A DNA stretch of 64,000 nt from the NCBI GenBank assembly GCA_965213625.1, contig CBDBZU010000004.1, positions 2,016,001 to 2,080,000 on the forward strand, written 5' to 3'. Shown here piece after piece: positions 41,135 through 51,200 of this stretch; position 1 is the first letter of the stretch; each line of letters starts with the position of its first letter. The notes below the pieces were generated by a model that saw only the letters and a list, made by a program, of their open reading frames with translations, was not told where the DNA came from and made no database searches. The stretch comes from a bacterium (GTDB lineage: Bacteria > UBA8248). The translations under genes and the position numbers were made by a program.

Positions 41135-42115
41135 GTGGCCAACATAGCGGAACTGAAAGAGGGCGAGCGGTTCGACGCTTTTTTCAAAATCCGGGAATAC
41201 GAGGCGCGCCAGAGCCGGGCGGGCAAGGAGTATCTCGATCTGACGCTCGAAGACGCGACGGGCGATGTAGCCGCCAAGGTCTGGGAGCCCGCGACGCAGG
41301 TGCAGGGAGCCATCGGGGCGGGCGATTTCATCAAGGTGCGGGCCGCCGCCGAAAACTACCAGGGCCGCCTGCAGCTCCGGGTCGAGCGCGTCCGCCGGGT
41401 GAATGAGCAGGATTACGAGAGCGGCTTCAAGCCCGAGGACTACGTGCAACGAACGCCGTATGACATCGACGTCATGTGGAAGGAGGCGAAGCGCATCGCG
41501 GGCGGCTGCCACCCGCTCGTGGCCGCGTATCTCTCCGCGATATTGAATGAGTATGAGGAAAAATTCCGCGAGTGGCCCGCCGCCCAGCGCATTCATCATC
41601 CTTATCTCGGCGGCCTGCTTGAGCACACCCTGTCGGTCACGAAAACGTGCCTTTATCTGGCGGATAAATACGACGTATCGAAAGACCTGCTCGTCGCGGG
41701 CGCGCTCTTGCACGACATCGGTAAGCTCGAGGAACTCTCCACCGAGGGCGCGACGCACTACACCGCCGCCGGCCGCCTCCTCGGCCACATCGTGCTGGGG
41801 CGCGACATCGCCCGCGAGTGGGCGGGGCGAGAGGGCGTATTCGCAGAGGGGGAGGCGCTGCCCGGGGATTTCCTGCTGCATCTCGAGCACCTCATCCTCT
41901 CGCACCAGGGCCAGCCCGATTGGGGAACGGTGAAGGTGCCCATGTCGGCGGAGGCGCTCCTGCTCCACTATGCGGACGACATCGACGCGAAGTTCAACCT
42001 CTTGAAGCGCGCGGTGGAAGAAGACAAGGGGGATGAGGATTTCACGGCCAGAAACCACACCATGGCGCGCGTCTTCTACAAGGGCGGCCCGCAGCTCCCG
42101 CCGGAGAATGCTTGA
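41135..42115 (+). CDS. yhaM: YhaM/Cbf1-like 3'-5' exoribonuclease (OB fold + HD domain)
   Basis: YLDLTLEDATG...AKVW, PAA..IHH.Y.GGLLEH, LLHDIGK, ILSHQG, HYADDIDAK. Confidence 0.88.
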   Translation: MANIAELKEGERFDAFFKIREYEARQSRAGKEYLDLTLEDATGDVAAKVWEPATQVQGAIGAGDFIKVRAAAENYQGRLQLRVERVRRVNEQDYESGFKPEDYVQRTPYDIDVMWKEAKRIAGGCHPLVAAYLSAILNEYEEKFREWPAAQRIHHPYLGGLLEHTLSVTKTCLYLADKYDVSKDLLVAGALLHDIGKLEELSTEGATHYTAAGRLLGHIVLGRDIAREWAGREGVFAEGEALPGDFLLHLEHLILSHQGQPDWGTVKVPMSAEALLLHYADDIDAKFNLLKRAVEEDKGDEDFTARNHTMARVFYKGGPQLPPENA

Positions 42116-42198
42116 TATGTTTGAGTCTCAGGCGAATCTCGTCTCCTGCATACACCCCGACGCGGCTCGTCCCGGTCCACTGCTGGAGAAACCGGAAT

Positions 42199-43089
42199 AT
42201 GCCTGACCATATGAAAATCATGAACGAGAAGACGGGGCGCATCGTCATGCTGGCGGTGGACCACGGCTATTTCCAGGGCCCCACTTCGGGCTTGGAAGAG
42301 CCTGCAAAGACTATGAAGCCCCTGCTGCCCTGGTGCGACGCGATGAGTCCCACGAAGGGCGTCTTCCTTCGCTGCATGCCGCTGGAGAACAAGACGCCGG
42401 TTATCTTGAGGGCCTCGGGCGGAAACGCCATCGTCTATTCAGACCCCGTGGAACTGGAGCGCGAGCTCAGTATCCGGTCGGCGGGCCTTGCGGATGAGGC
42501 GGCGCGCGAGGCGATGCGGGAGCAAATCGCCGATGAGGTCACGAACCGCGAACTCTCGAACGAGTCCATCACCGTCTCGGCAGCGGAGGCGTCGCGCCTG
42601 GGTGTTGCGGGCGTTTCGGTTTCGGTCTACGTCGGCGCGCGCTACCAGAAGGAATCCATCCTGAACCTGGCGCGCATGAGCGACGAGGGCCGCCGGGAGG
42701 GCTTGATCGTCTTGGGCATCACTGCGGTGGGCAAGGAGATGACGCGCGACGCCCGCTACCTCGGGCTGGCCACGCGCATTGCGGCCGAACACGGAGCGGA
42801 CGTCGTGAAGACATACTATTGCGAGGGCTTCGAGCGCGTGGTGCGCGGTTGTTTCGCGCCCATCGTCATCGCGGGCGGCAAGAAGGTGCCCGAGCGCGAG
42901 GCGCTCGCGTTCTGCCGCCGGGCCATCGATGAGGGCGCCGTAGGCGTGGACATGGGCCGGAACATCTTCCAGAGCGCGCACCCGGTCGCCATGATCCGGG
43001 CGGTTCGCGCCGTCGTGCATGACGATTTAAGTCCCGACGCGGCGTATGAGATGTTCGAGGATCTGAGCGCAATCTCCCTCACGGATTAA
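42199..43089 (+). CDS. lsrF: LsrF-like class I aldolase/thiolase
   Basis: MLAVDHGYFQGPTSGLE, TAVGKEM.RDARY.GLATRI.AE.GA..VKTYY, IAGGKK, GVDMGRNIFQS. Confidence 0.8.
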   Translation: MPDHMKIMNEKTGRIVMLAVDHGYFQGPTSGLEEPAKTMKPLLPWCDAMSPTKGVFLRCMPLENKTPVILRASGGNAIVYSDPVELERELSIRSAGLADEAAREAMREQIADEVTNRELSNESITVSAAEASRLGVAGVSVSVYVGARYQKESILNLARMSDEGRREGLIVLGITAVGKEMTRDARYLGLATRIAAEHGADVVKTYYCEGFERVVRGCFAPIVIAGGKKVPEREALAFCRRAIDEGAVGVDMGRNIFQSAHPVAMIRAVRAVVHDDLSPDAAYEMFEDLSAISLTD

Positions 43090-43118
43090 AGCCTGCGCGT
43101 AACCCGGGAAGTATCAAA

Positions 43119-44147
43119 ATGCCGGAAACCATGCGAGCTGCCGTTTATTACCGAAACGACGACGTGCGGGTTGAGGAGGTGGAGAAACCCCGCGCCGGAG
43201 CGGGCGAGCTTTTGGTCGAGACGCGCGCGAGCGGCATCTGCGGCAGCGACGTCATGGAGTGGTACCGGGTGGGGACCGCGCCGCGCATACTGGGCCATGA
43301 GGTGACGGGCGTCGTCACAGAAGCAGGCGAGGGAGTGGAGGGCTTCCGCGTGGGCGATCGCGTCTCCGTCACCCATCACGTGCCGTGCAACCGCTGCGCG
43401 CTGTGCCTGCGCGGAGACCACACCGCCTGCGCGACGCTAAAACGCACGAATTTCGACCCGGGCGGTTTCGCCGAGTTCATCCGTCTGCCCGCCATCAACG
43501 TGGAGCGGGGGACGTTCCGCCTGCCCGATGAGGTGTCCGACGACGCTGGCGTGTTCATTGAACCCTTGGGCTGCGTCCTGCGCGGCTGGCGGCGCTTCCG
43601 GATGACGCCGGGCTTGAGCGTCCTCGTGGTGGGAAGCGGGATGTCGGGCCTGCTGCACGTGCAGGCGGCGCGCCTCCTGGGGGCGGGAGCCGTTTTTGCG
43701 ACGGACGTGCATCCCTGGCGCCTGAAAGCCGCCGAACGCTTCGGCGCGCGCGCGCTGCCATCTTGTGAAGATATGGCGGAGGCGCTTCGGGAGGCGAACG
43801 AGGGTTGTCTGGCGGATCGCGTCGTTTTGTGCGCCGGCGCGCCCGAGGCCTTGGAGACGGCTCTCGCATGTGTGGCGACTTGCGGCGTCCTGCAGCTTTT
43901 CGCTCCCACGTCGCCCGGTTATCGCCCCGCGATGGATCTCAACCGGATATGGAGCGAGCAGATCGCCGTCACCACCACCTACGGCGCGGCCCCGCTAGAC
44001 CTCGAAGAAGCGCTCGCGCTCATCCGCGCCGGACGCATCGGGGCCGAGGAGATGATCACCCACAGGCTCCCGCTCGCACAGGCGCAGGAGGGCTTCCGCC
44101 TCGTCGCCCGGGCGGGCGAATCCCTGAAGGTGGTGCTGCGGCCTTAA
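43119..44147 (+). CDS. Zinc-dependent dehydrogenase (sorbitol/threonine dehydrogenase-like)
   Basis: GICGSD, LGHE, C..C..C......C, EPLGC, G.G.SG, ITHRLPL. Confidence 0.9.
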   Translation: MPETMRAAVYYRNDDVRVEEVEKPRAGAGELLVETRASGICGSDVMEWYRVGTAPRILGHEVTGVVTEAGEGVEGFRVGDRVSVTHHVPCNRCALCLRGDHTACATLKRTNFDPGGFAEFIRLPAINVERGTFRLPDEVSDDAGVFIEPLGCVLRGWRRFRMTPGLSVLVVGSGMSGLLHVQAARLLGAGAVFATDVHPWRLKAAERFGARALPSCEDMAEALREANEGCLADRVVLCAGAPEALETALACVATCGVLQLFAPTSPGYRPAMDLNRIWSEQIAVTTTYGAAPLDLEEALALIRAGRIGAEEMITHRLPLAQAQEGFRLVARAGESLKVVLRP

Positions 44148-44276
44148 TCCGCACGGGAAGCCGAATATTGCGGTAGAGCGCGAAAGGGGGTAGTGTTTTA
44201 TAAGGGTTTGCGGGCCATGGAACGCGAGGCCATGGAGTTCCGCAGGGAAAAACTAGGGACCCGAGAGGAAGCGGAA

Positions 44277-44492
44277 ATGACGACTTTTCAAACAGCGACA
44301 CTCGGGTTCTACGCCATACAGTCCCTCATCGGTCTCGCGCAGTGCCTGCTCATCTGGATGGGCCTTAGGCAGATGAGCCGCTCCTCGGAATCGAGAGAAA
44401 GAGAGAGCTCAAGGCGGCATGAGGAGGTCATGAAAAATCACGAGGAGTCCATGACCGCGCTCAAGGCGCTCATCGAGCGAACGGCGAAATAA
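44277..44492 (+). CDS. Small membrane protein with C-terminal coiled coil
   Basis: 71 aa, GAGG RBS, one TM helix, then RRHEE...HEESMTALKALIERTAK; own terminator. Confidence 0.7.
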   Translation: MTTFQTATLGFYAIQSLIGLAQCLLIWMGLRQMSRSSESRERESSRRHEEVMKNHEESMTALKALIERTAK

Positions 44493-44516
44493 CCTCCGTT
44501 TCTTACTGCCCACACC

Positions 44517-44546
44517 GCCCCCGTCCTCCGGGTCAGGGGCTTTTTT
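44517..44546 (+). terminator. Intrinsic terminator
   Basis: GCCCC...GGGGC stem followed by TTTTTT. Confidence 0.65.
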
Positions 44547-44562
44547 GTTGGGCGAACCTCCG

Positions 44563-47067
44563 CTACTCATCCACGGGGTGGTAGGTCAGTTCGTCATCGG
44601 ATGAGGCGTTCTCGCCGCCCTCGGTCGCTTCATCCTCATAGAGGGAATCGGGCGGGGCGTCTTCGGTGAATTGCGCCTCATCCGCCTCGCTATCTTGCAA
44701 CTCTTCGGCCTCCTGCGGGACAGGGGCGGGTTGCCGGAGGAGCGGGGCGAGTTTCGCCTCGCGGCGGATTCTCTCGGGCAGACCGCTCCAGCGCCTCCTC
44801 ACGCGCGCGTTGCCTATCGCGATGCCGAGCGCCTTTTTCGAGCCGACGAACACCGCCAGCCGCTTCGCTCGCGTGAGCGCGGTGTAAACGAGGTTTCTCT
44901 GCAGCATCGGGTAGTGCTGGGTGTGGAGCGGGATGACCACGGCGGGGTATTCACTGCCCTGGCTCTTGTGCACGGTGATGGCGTAGGCGTGCATCACCTC
45001 ATCGAGCGCGCCGCGCGTGTATTCGACGACGTTCGAATCGAAGGCCACGCGAACGCTTCCCTCCTCGGGCGAGACGCTCCTGACGACGCCGATGTCGCCG
45101 TTGAACACGTCCTTATCGTAGTTGTTGCGCACCTGGATGAGTTTGTCCCCGGTGCGGAATATGCGGCCTCCGCTCTGGAGCGCGGGCGCGCCTCCTGCGG
45201 GGTTGAGCGCTTCTTGTAGGCGCGCGTTCAGGCTCTGCACGCCGAGCACGCCGCGCTGCATGGGGGAGATGACCTGGAGGTCGGTGATGGCGTCGACCCC
45301 GAATCGCTCGGGAATGCGCTCGCGGCACAGTTCGATGATGAGGTCCGCGCAGCGCTCCGCCTCGCTCTCCTCGATGAAGTAGTAATCGAGCGGCGCGTCT
45401 TCCTTCTCCCCCTTGCCGTTTCGGGGCATCTCGCCGCGGTTCACGCGGTGGGCGTTTTCGACGATCAGGCTCTCCTGCGCCTGGCGGAAGACCTCGGTGA
45501 GCCGCACGACGGGCAGGGTCTCCGAGGTGATGACGTCGTTCAATATGTTGCCCGGCCCGACTGAGGGAAGCTGGTCCACGTCGCCCACCAGAACGAGCGT
45601 CGCCTGGTCGGGCGCCGCGCGCAGCAGATGCGCCGTGAGGTGCACGTCGAGCATTGAGGCTTCATCGATGATCACGATGTCACCGGTGAGCGGGTTTTCC
45701 GCGTCGCGGGTGAAGCCGCCCGAATGCCAGCTGTATTCGAGCAATCTATGGATGGTGGACGCCTCGTGGCCGGTGACTTCAGAAAGACGCTTCGCCGCCC
45801 GGCCCGTGGGCGCGCCGAGGATGACCTGGAGCCCCAGCTTCGTATAGAGGTTCGTGACGGCGCTCACGATGGTCGTCTTGCCGGTTCCGGGACCGCCCGT
45901 GACGATGAGCACTTTCTGTGTGAGCGCGCCCTCGATGGCTGCGCCCTGATCGCCGGTCGCCTTGCCGCCCTCGAGCGCCCGCCGGGCGAGGTGGCCCAGG
46001 CGCTCTTTCGTCGTGGCGCCGGGCGCCCCCTGTCCCCGCATGGCGGCCTCGAGACGCGCCTCGTCGCGCGGCGTGCGGATGAGCGCGGCGAGGCGGCGGG
46101 CGACTTCGCATTCCGCGGCGTACAGCGGGCGCGCATAGACGCGCTTGCCCTCGGGCGAAGCCATATTCTCGACCATGTTCGCCGATTCGATCACCAGGGA
46201 GCCGCCCTGGCCCAGATTTTCGAGGACGGGGGTCAAGGCTTCGGCTTCCGTCTCGAGCATTTCAGCGGCGGTCTCGACCAGATCGCCATAGGGCAGAAAA
46301 CAATGGCCCTCGCGCTCGGCGAGCTGGTCCAGCACGTAGACGGCTCCCGCAGCGAGGCGTTTTGGGGAGTCCACGGGAATGCCGAGTTTCTGCGCGATGC
46401 GGTCCGCGCTCTTGAAGCCCACGCCGTGAATCTCCGCCGCCAGCCGAAATGGGTCTTCGCGCAGTATCCGTATGGACGCCTCGCCGTAGGTTCTCAAGAT
46501 TTTTTCCGACAGATGGAGCGGGACGTCGTATTGCCGCAGGAAGAGCATGATTTCCTTGACTTCGCTCTGGCTTTTCCAGCTCTCTATAATTGCTTCCAGC
46601 TTCTTTGCGCCCAGACCGGCGACTTCCGTGAGGCGCTCCGGGTGGCTGTCCAGAATATCGAGGGATTTCTCCCCGAAACGCGCCACGATTCTCTTGGCGA
46701 GTGCGGGGCCGATGTTCTTAACGATGCCTGAGGCCAGGTACTTTTCGATTCCCTCGATCGTCGTAGGCTCCAAAGGACGGGCGAGATCGGCGTGGAACTG
46801 GCGGCCGAACCTGGGGTGGTCCTTCCAGCCGCCCTCGAAGCGCACACGCTCGCCCTCGCGGATGGAAGAGAGGTATCCCACCACGGCCACGCGCGGGAAA
46901 TCCTCGTTGTCCGGCTGGACGAGCAGGACGGTGTAGCCGGTGTCCTCTGCGCGGAACCGTATGCGTTCCACCGCGCCGGTCAGTTCGGTGCCGTCTTCCG
47001 GGAAAAGGCCCGCCTGTGGAGGAGGGGTTCCTCTTCTGGGGCGCGTAGATCGGGGCTTTCGCGTCAT
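44563..47067 (-). CDS. recD2: ATP-dependent RecD-like DNA helicase
   Basis: N-terminal HhH region, GGPGTGKT, APTGRAAKR, IIDEASM, VGDVDQLPSVGPG, YAITVHKSQGSE, YTALTRAK. Confidence 0.95.
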   Translation of the reverse strand: MTRKPRSTRPRRGTPPPQAGLFPEDGTELTGAVERIRFRAEDTGYTVLLVQPDNEDFPRVAVVGYLSSIREGERVRFEGGWKDHPRFGRQFHADLARPLEPTTIEGIEKYLASGIVKNIGPALAKRIVARFGEKSLDILDSHPERLTEVAGLGAKKLEAIIESWKSQSEVKEIMLFLRQYDVPLHLSEKILRTYGEASIRILREDPFRLAAEIHGVGFKSADRIAQKLGIPVDSPKRLAAGAVYVLDQLAEREGHCFLPYGDLVETAAEMLETEAEALTPVLENLGQGGSLVIESANMVENMASPEGKRVYARPLYAAECEVARRLAALIRTPRDEARLEAAMRGQGAPGATTKERLGHLARRALEGGKATGDQGAAIEGALTQKVLIVTGGPGTGKTTIVSAVTNLYTKLGLQVILGAPTGRAAKRLSEVTGHEASTIHRLLEYSWHSGGFTRDAENPLTGDIVIIDEASMLDVHLTAHLLRAAPDQATLVLVGDVDQLPSVGPGNILNDVITSETLPVVRLTEVFRQAQESLIVENAHRVNRGEMPRNGKGEKEDAPLDYYFIEESEAERCADLIIELCRERIPERFGVDAITDLQVISPMQRGVLGVQSLNARLQEALNPAGGAPALQSGGRIFRTGDKLIQVRNNYDKDVFNGDIGVVRSVSPEEGSVRVAFDSNVVEYTRGALDEVMHAYAITVHKSQGSEYPAVVIPLHTQHYPMLQRNLVYTALTRAKRLAVFVGSKKALGIAIGNARVRRRWSGLPERIRREAKLAPLLRQPAPVPQEAEELQDSEADEAQFTEDAPPDSLYEDEATEGGENASSDDELTYHPVDE

Positions 47068-47147
47068 GGGTCGATCCTGGTCGCATCCGGGCGAGCGGGG
47101 CGGTACTTCACATGGTGCGCGTGTCCTGGGTGGGGGCGAGAGTCGAA

Positions 47148-47951
47148 CTAGTCCTCACTCCTCCCGGAATTTTTCGCTTCATTCCAAAGTGTTTCCAACT
47201 CTTCGAGCGATACGTCCTCGGGCGAGAGTCCCCGGGCGCGCAGCGCTTGTTCGATATAGTGAAAACGCGCGGTGAATCGTCCGATGCAGGCGCGGGCCGC
47301 CCCTTCGGCGTTCACCCCGAGTTTTCGGGAGAGGTTCACGGCGGCGAAGAGAAAATCGCCCATCTCCTCCTCAAGCGCCTCGCGGTCTTCTTTTTGCATC
47401 GCCTCTTTGAGTTCCGCCCATTCTTCTTCCACCTTCTCCGCTGCACCGGCCGCTTCCGGCCAGTCGAAGCCCACGCGCGAGGCCTTCCCCTGAAGCCTCT
47501 GTGCGCGCTGGAGCGCGGGCATGGCGGTGGGTACGCCGTCGAGAATGGAGGCCGAACCGTTATCGTCACCGGCGCGGGCCTTTCTCTTGCTGATTTCCCA
47601 GTTCCTGAGCACCTCGCCGCTGGTCTCGGCAAGGGTGTCCTCGAACACGTGGGGGTGGCGGTCGATCATCTTCTGCGCGAGGGCGCGGGCGGTCTCCTGG
47701 GCGTCGAAGAGACCCTTCTCCTCGGCGAGCCGGCAGTGGAAGAGCACCTGAAGCAGGAGGTCGCCCAACTCTTCCTTGAGCATCGCGGGGTCGCCCGCCT
47801 CGATGGCCTCCATCACCTCGTAGGCCTCCTCGATGAGGTAGGGCTTGAGACTCTGGTGGTCCTGCTCCTTATCCCAGGGGCAGCCGTCCGGCGCTCTGAG
47901 GCGGGCCATGACCTCCACCGCACGCTCGAAACCGTTTTTATTCTCACTCAA
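47148..47951 (-). CDS. mazG: Nucleoside triphosphate pyrophosphohydrolase
   Basis: LRAPDGCPWD, EEAYE, EELGDLLLQ, RHPHVF, GFDW, EEMGD; TTG start inferred. Confidence 0.95.
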   Translation of the reverse strand: MSENKNGFERAVEVMARLRAPDGCPWDKEQDHQSLKPYLIEEAYEVMEAIEAGDPAMLKEELGDLLLQVLFHCRLAEEKGLFDAQETARALAQKMIDRHPHVFEDTLAETSGEVLRNWEISKRKARAGDDNGSASILDGVPTAMPALQRAQRLQGKASRVGFDWPEAAGAAEKVEEEWAELKEAMQKEDREALEEEMGDFLFAAVNLSRKLGVNAEGAARACIGRFTARFHYIEQALRARGLSPEDVSLEELETLWNEAKNSGRSED

Positions 47952-48118
47952 GGTTTTGGCCTCACGATTGGGGATTCGCGACGTCCGCAGTATATGCGCA
48001 ACGGCCAGGGACAGGCAATAAGGCTTTCGTGGGGTCACATCGCATGATATGGGAGAATCACGCACCTACGAGCCCAATATGTCGTGATGAAATGAGCGTT
48101 TCGCAGTCCGACAGTTTT

Positions 48119-48195
48119 GTAGGGACAGGTCGCGACCTGTCCCACGGGGTACGCGATGGTTTTGTAATGGCGGAACAAATAGATCCCGCCCCTAC
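48119..48195. repeat. GTAG-type REP palindrome with a degenerate inverted partner
   Basis: GTAGGGACAGGTCGCGACCTGTCCC (48119-48143), whose first 20 nt equal the reverse complement of 40893-40912; TCCCGCCCCTAC ends at 48195. Confidence 0.75.
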
Positions 48196-48214
48196 GACAC
48201 AGGAAGGGATTGCT

Positions 48215-51200
48215 CTACCAGCGTACGGAGCCAAGCAGAGCGATGCCGTGGGAGGGTTTCCCGCCTACTCGCTCGCGGCGGTCTCCCTCGAGTCTCAGGC
48301 TCACGCGGTCGTCGACTTGCAGACGCCCGCCCACGCGATAGGTCTGGCTTCCTATGTCCGAGAGGGCAAGGCCGGCGTAGGGTTTGAAGTGGCCGCCACG
48401 GGGCGTTTCCATCCCGTAGCCCACTTCGGCTTCAAGTTGCGCGCTTGCGGTTCCTTCGCCCAGACCTGCCACGGAGGCCTGCGACCACAGACGCTCCGCC
48501 CCGCTTGCGGCGTCGCCCCAGGTGGAACCCACCTGCACGGAGAGGCCCTTTTTCGTAGTACCCCAGATGAGATGAACGGAACCTGACACGCCCATTTCGC
48601 TGAATCTGCTCTCCTCGTGCAGCAGTAAACCGCGCGCGTTCACATCGATCACCATGTCCATTGATGGGTCGAAGAATCGGAAGCCGCCGCCCAGTTCGAT
48701 ACCTCCTCCTTCTTCCGCATCGCCCTTGTCATAGCGAACGCCAATCACCAGCGAGGGCGTGATCGATGCCCCCTGGCCTATTTTGTATTCACGTGAACCC
48801 TCAAGAAGCAGACGGAAGCGGTTCGTGTTCGTATCCACCGGGAGCAGTTTGTCGCGTACCTCGTCTGCCTCAATCTCGACCACCATGACGTCGCCCTTCA
48901 CCGCGAGGTCATAGTCAATCTGGCGCGTCGGCGGGAAGAGTGCGCTGCGGAAGCCGAACGCCCCCATCCGCATCGAGATGTCGGTCTCGATTTTCTCGCC
49001 GCCGCCTTGTTCGGTCTGCACATACTCACCGTTCCCGAATCCGAACATGCTCCAGATCGTAAGGTGCTCGCTCACCGTGTAGCGAATGTAGGGATAGGCG
49101 CTGTTGAGGCGGGCCTCCACGTCGTTGTGCTGTCCGTCAATCGAGAAGTATCCCTCGCCCAGTGTGTGTGTGAGTGCAACGCCCACCATGGTGCGGCCCC
49201 ACTCGAAATCGGCCCCGAGCGTGCCTGTGGTCACGTCTCCCTTGAAAGTGGAACTGTTTTCATCTCCAAAGAAACTCGTCCTCGCGCCTCGGCCCCAGGC
49301 CGTCCATAGCCCGCCCTGGCTATTTTCCGTATTCTGCGCCGATGTGAGATGGAACGAACTCGCCATCAATAGATCGCTCATTGACATCTCGCGGTACTCG
49401 GTTGCGGAGCCGTCTCCAGCAAGACCGCCGAAGCCCAGGGTGCGGCTTGCGAGACGGGCAGTGGTAGCAAGTTCCGGGTCTTCCTGAGCGAGTGGAAGCG
49501 GAGAATCGCTGTTGAAGAAGTCCACGTACTGTCCGGCGAGCGTCATATTCGACGACTGCCTCATGGAAGGCGCTTTCAGCCGACTCTCGATCGTCTCCAC
49601 CGCCTGACTCGCCACCGTGCGCCCGAAGCGCGTAAGCCAATCATTCATCCCTTCAGATGTGTCTTTTACGTTATCTGCCTCTGTGGTCGCGCTTACAACG
49701 TCCGACCACGTGCTATGGCCTTGCGAGTTGTGCGCCCGGATGCGGTAGTGTTTCGTCGTTCCAGCGGAAAGTTCTGCGTGGGAATACGAGGTGGACGAAG
49801 CGGAAATCTGCCCGCCCAGCCCGTTCCAGCCCGATTTGCCGTTGTCGGAAACTTCCAGTTCATAGCGGGTGATGGCCGCGCCGTTATCCAGTGGTGCCGC
49901 CCAGGCAAGGTCTATCCGCGTCTGGCCGTTCGCCGTCGCGCTCAATACGGGCTTATCTGGTACGGTCGAAGTTTTGACCTCATTGCCATTGCCGCCGCCG
50001 CTATTTTCACCGTTCCCACCATTACCGCCGTTGCCACCATTACCGCCGTTGCCACCATTGCCGCCGTTGCCAACATTTCCGTCGTCGTTCCTGCCGGGGT
50101 TGATGTTCCCCCTGTTGTTGGCGCTTTGCGTGGTTGCGTTTTTGGGATTCGACCACTCGCCGGGGCCTACGGAGTTGTGCGCCCTTATCTGGTAGTACTT
50201 CCTCGTCCCTGGTGAAAGGTCAGTATGATTGTACGATCTGTCTGTAGAGGGCAGGCTGCTGTTTAGTGGCGCCCAGGAGTTGCCGTCATCGGATACTTCG
50301 AGTTCGTAGCTGGTGATGGCCATGCCGTTATTCGCTGGTTCATCCCAGGAGAGGTCGATTTTCGTCTGGCCGTTCGCCGTGGCGCGGAGCACCGGCGCGT
50401 CCGGCACGCCCACGAGGGTGGTTGCATTCTTGGGGTCGGACCATTCGCTGGGGCCTTGCGAGTTGCGCGCCAGGATGCGGTAGTACTTTTGGGTTCCGGG
50501 CGAAAGATTGGAGTGAGTGTACGATCTGGCCGTAGAGCTGATGCTGGTCGCGAGGTTCGTCCAACCGCTGTTGCCGTCGTCGGATACCTGGAGTTCATAG
50601 CGTGAGATGGACGCGCCGTTATCTTCAGGTTCATCCCAGGAGAGGTCGATTTTCGTCTGGCCGTTCGCCGTGGCAGTCAACACGGGTTTGGCCGGCACGT
50701 CCGCTTGCGTGGTCGCGTTCTTGGGATCCGACCACGGGCCGGGGCCTTTTGAGTTGCGTGCCCGTACCTGGTAGTACTTTCTCGTCCCGGGCGAAAGACC
50801 GGTATCATTGTATGTTCTGGGCGATGTGGCCAGGTTGGCGTTGAGATTCATCCAATCGTTGCCGTCGTCGGATTCTTGGAGTTCGTAGCGTGAGATGGAC
50901 GCGCCGTTATCCGCTGGTTCACTCCAGGAGAGGTCGATCTGCGTCTTACCGTTCGCCGTCGCGCTCAACACCGGCTTGCCCGGCACGCCCACGAGGGTGG
51001 TTGCATCCTTGGGGTCGGACCATTCGCTGGGGCCTTGGGAGTTGCGCGCCAGGATGCGGTAATACTTTTGGGTCCCGGGCGAAAGATTGGAGTGAGTGTA
51101 CGATCTGGCCGAAGAGCTGATGCTGGTCGCTAGGTTCGTCCAACCGCTGTTGCCGTCGTCGGATACCTGGATTTCGTAGCGGGAGATGGACGCGCCGTTA

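Noticed and set aside
44563-47951. recD2-mazG as an anti-phage defence pair
   Set aside because: Both look like ordinary full-length housekeeping orthologs with host-like composition and no associated effector.
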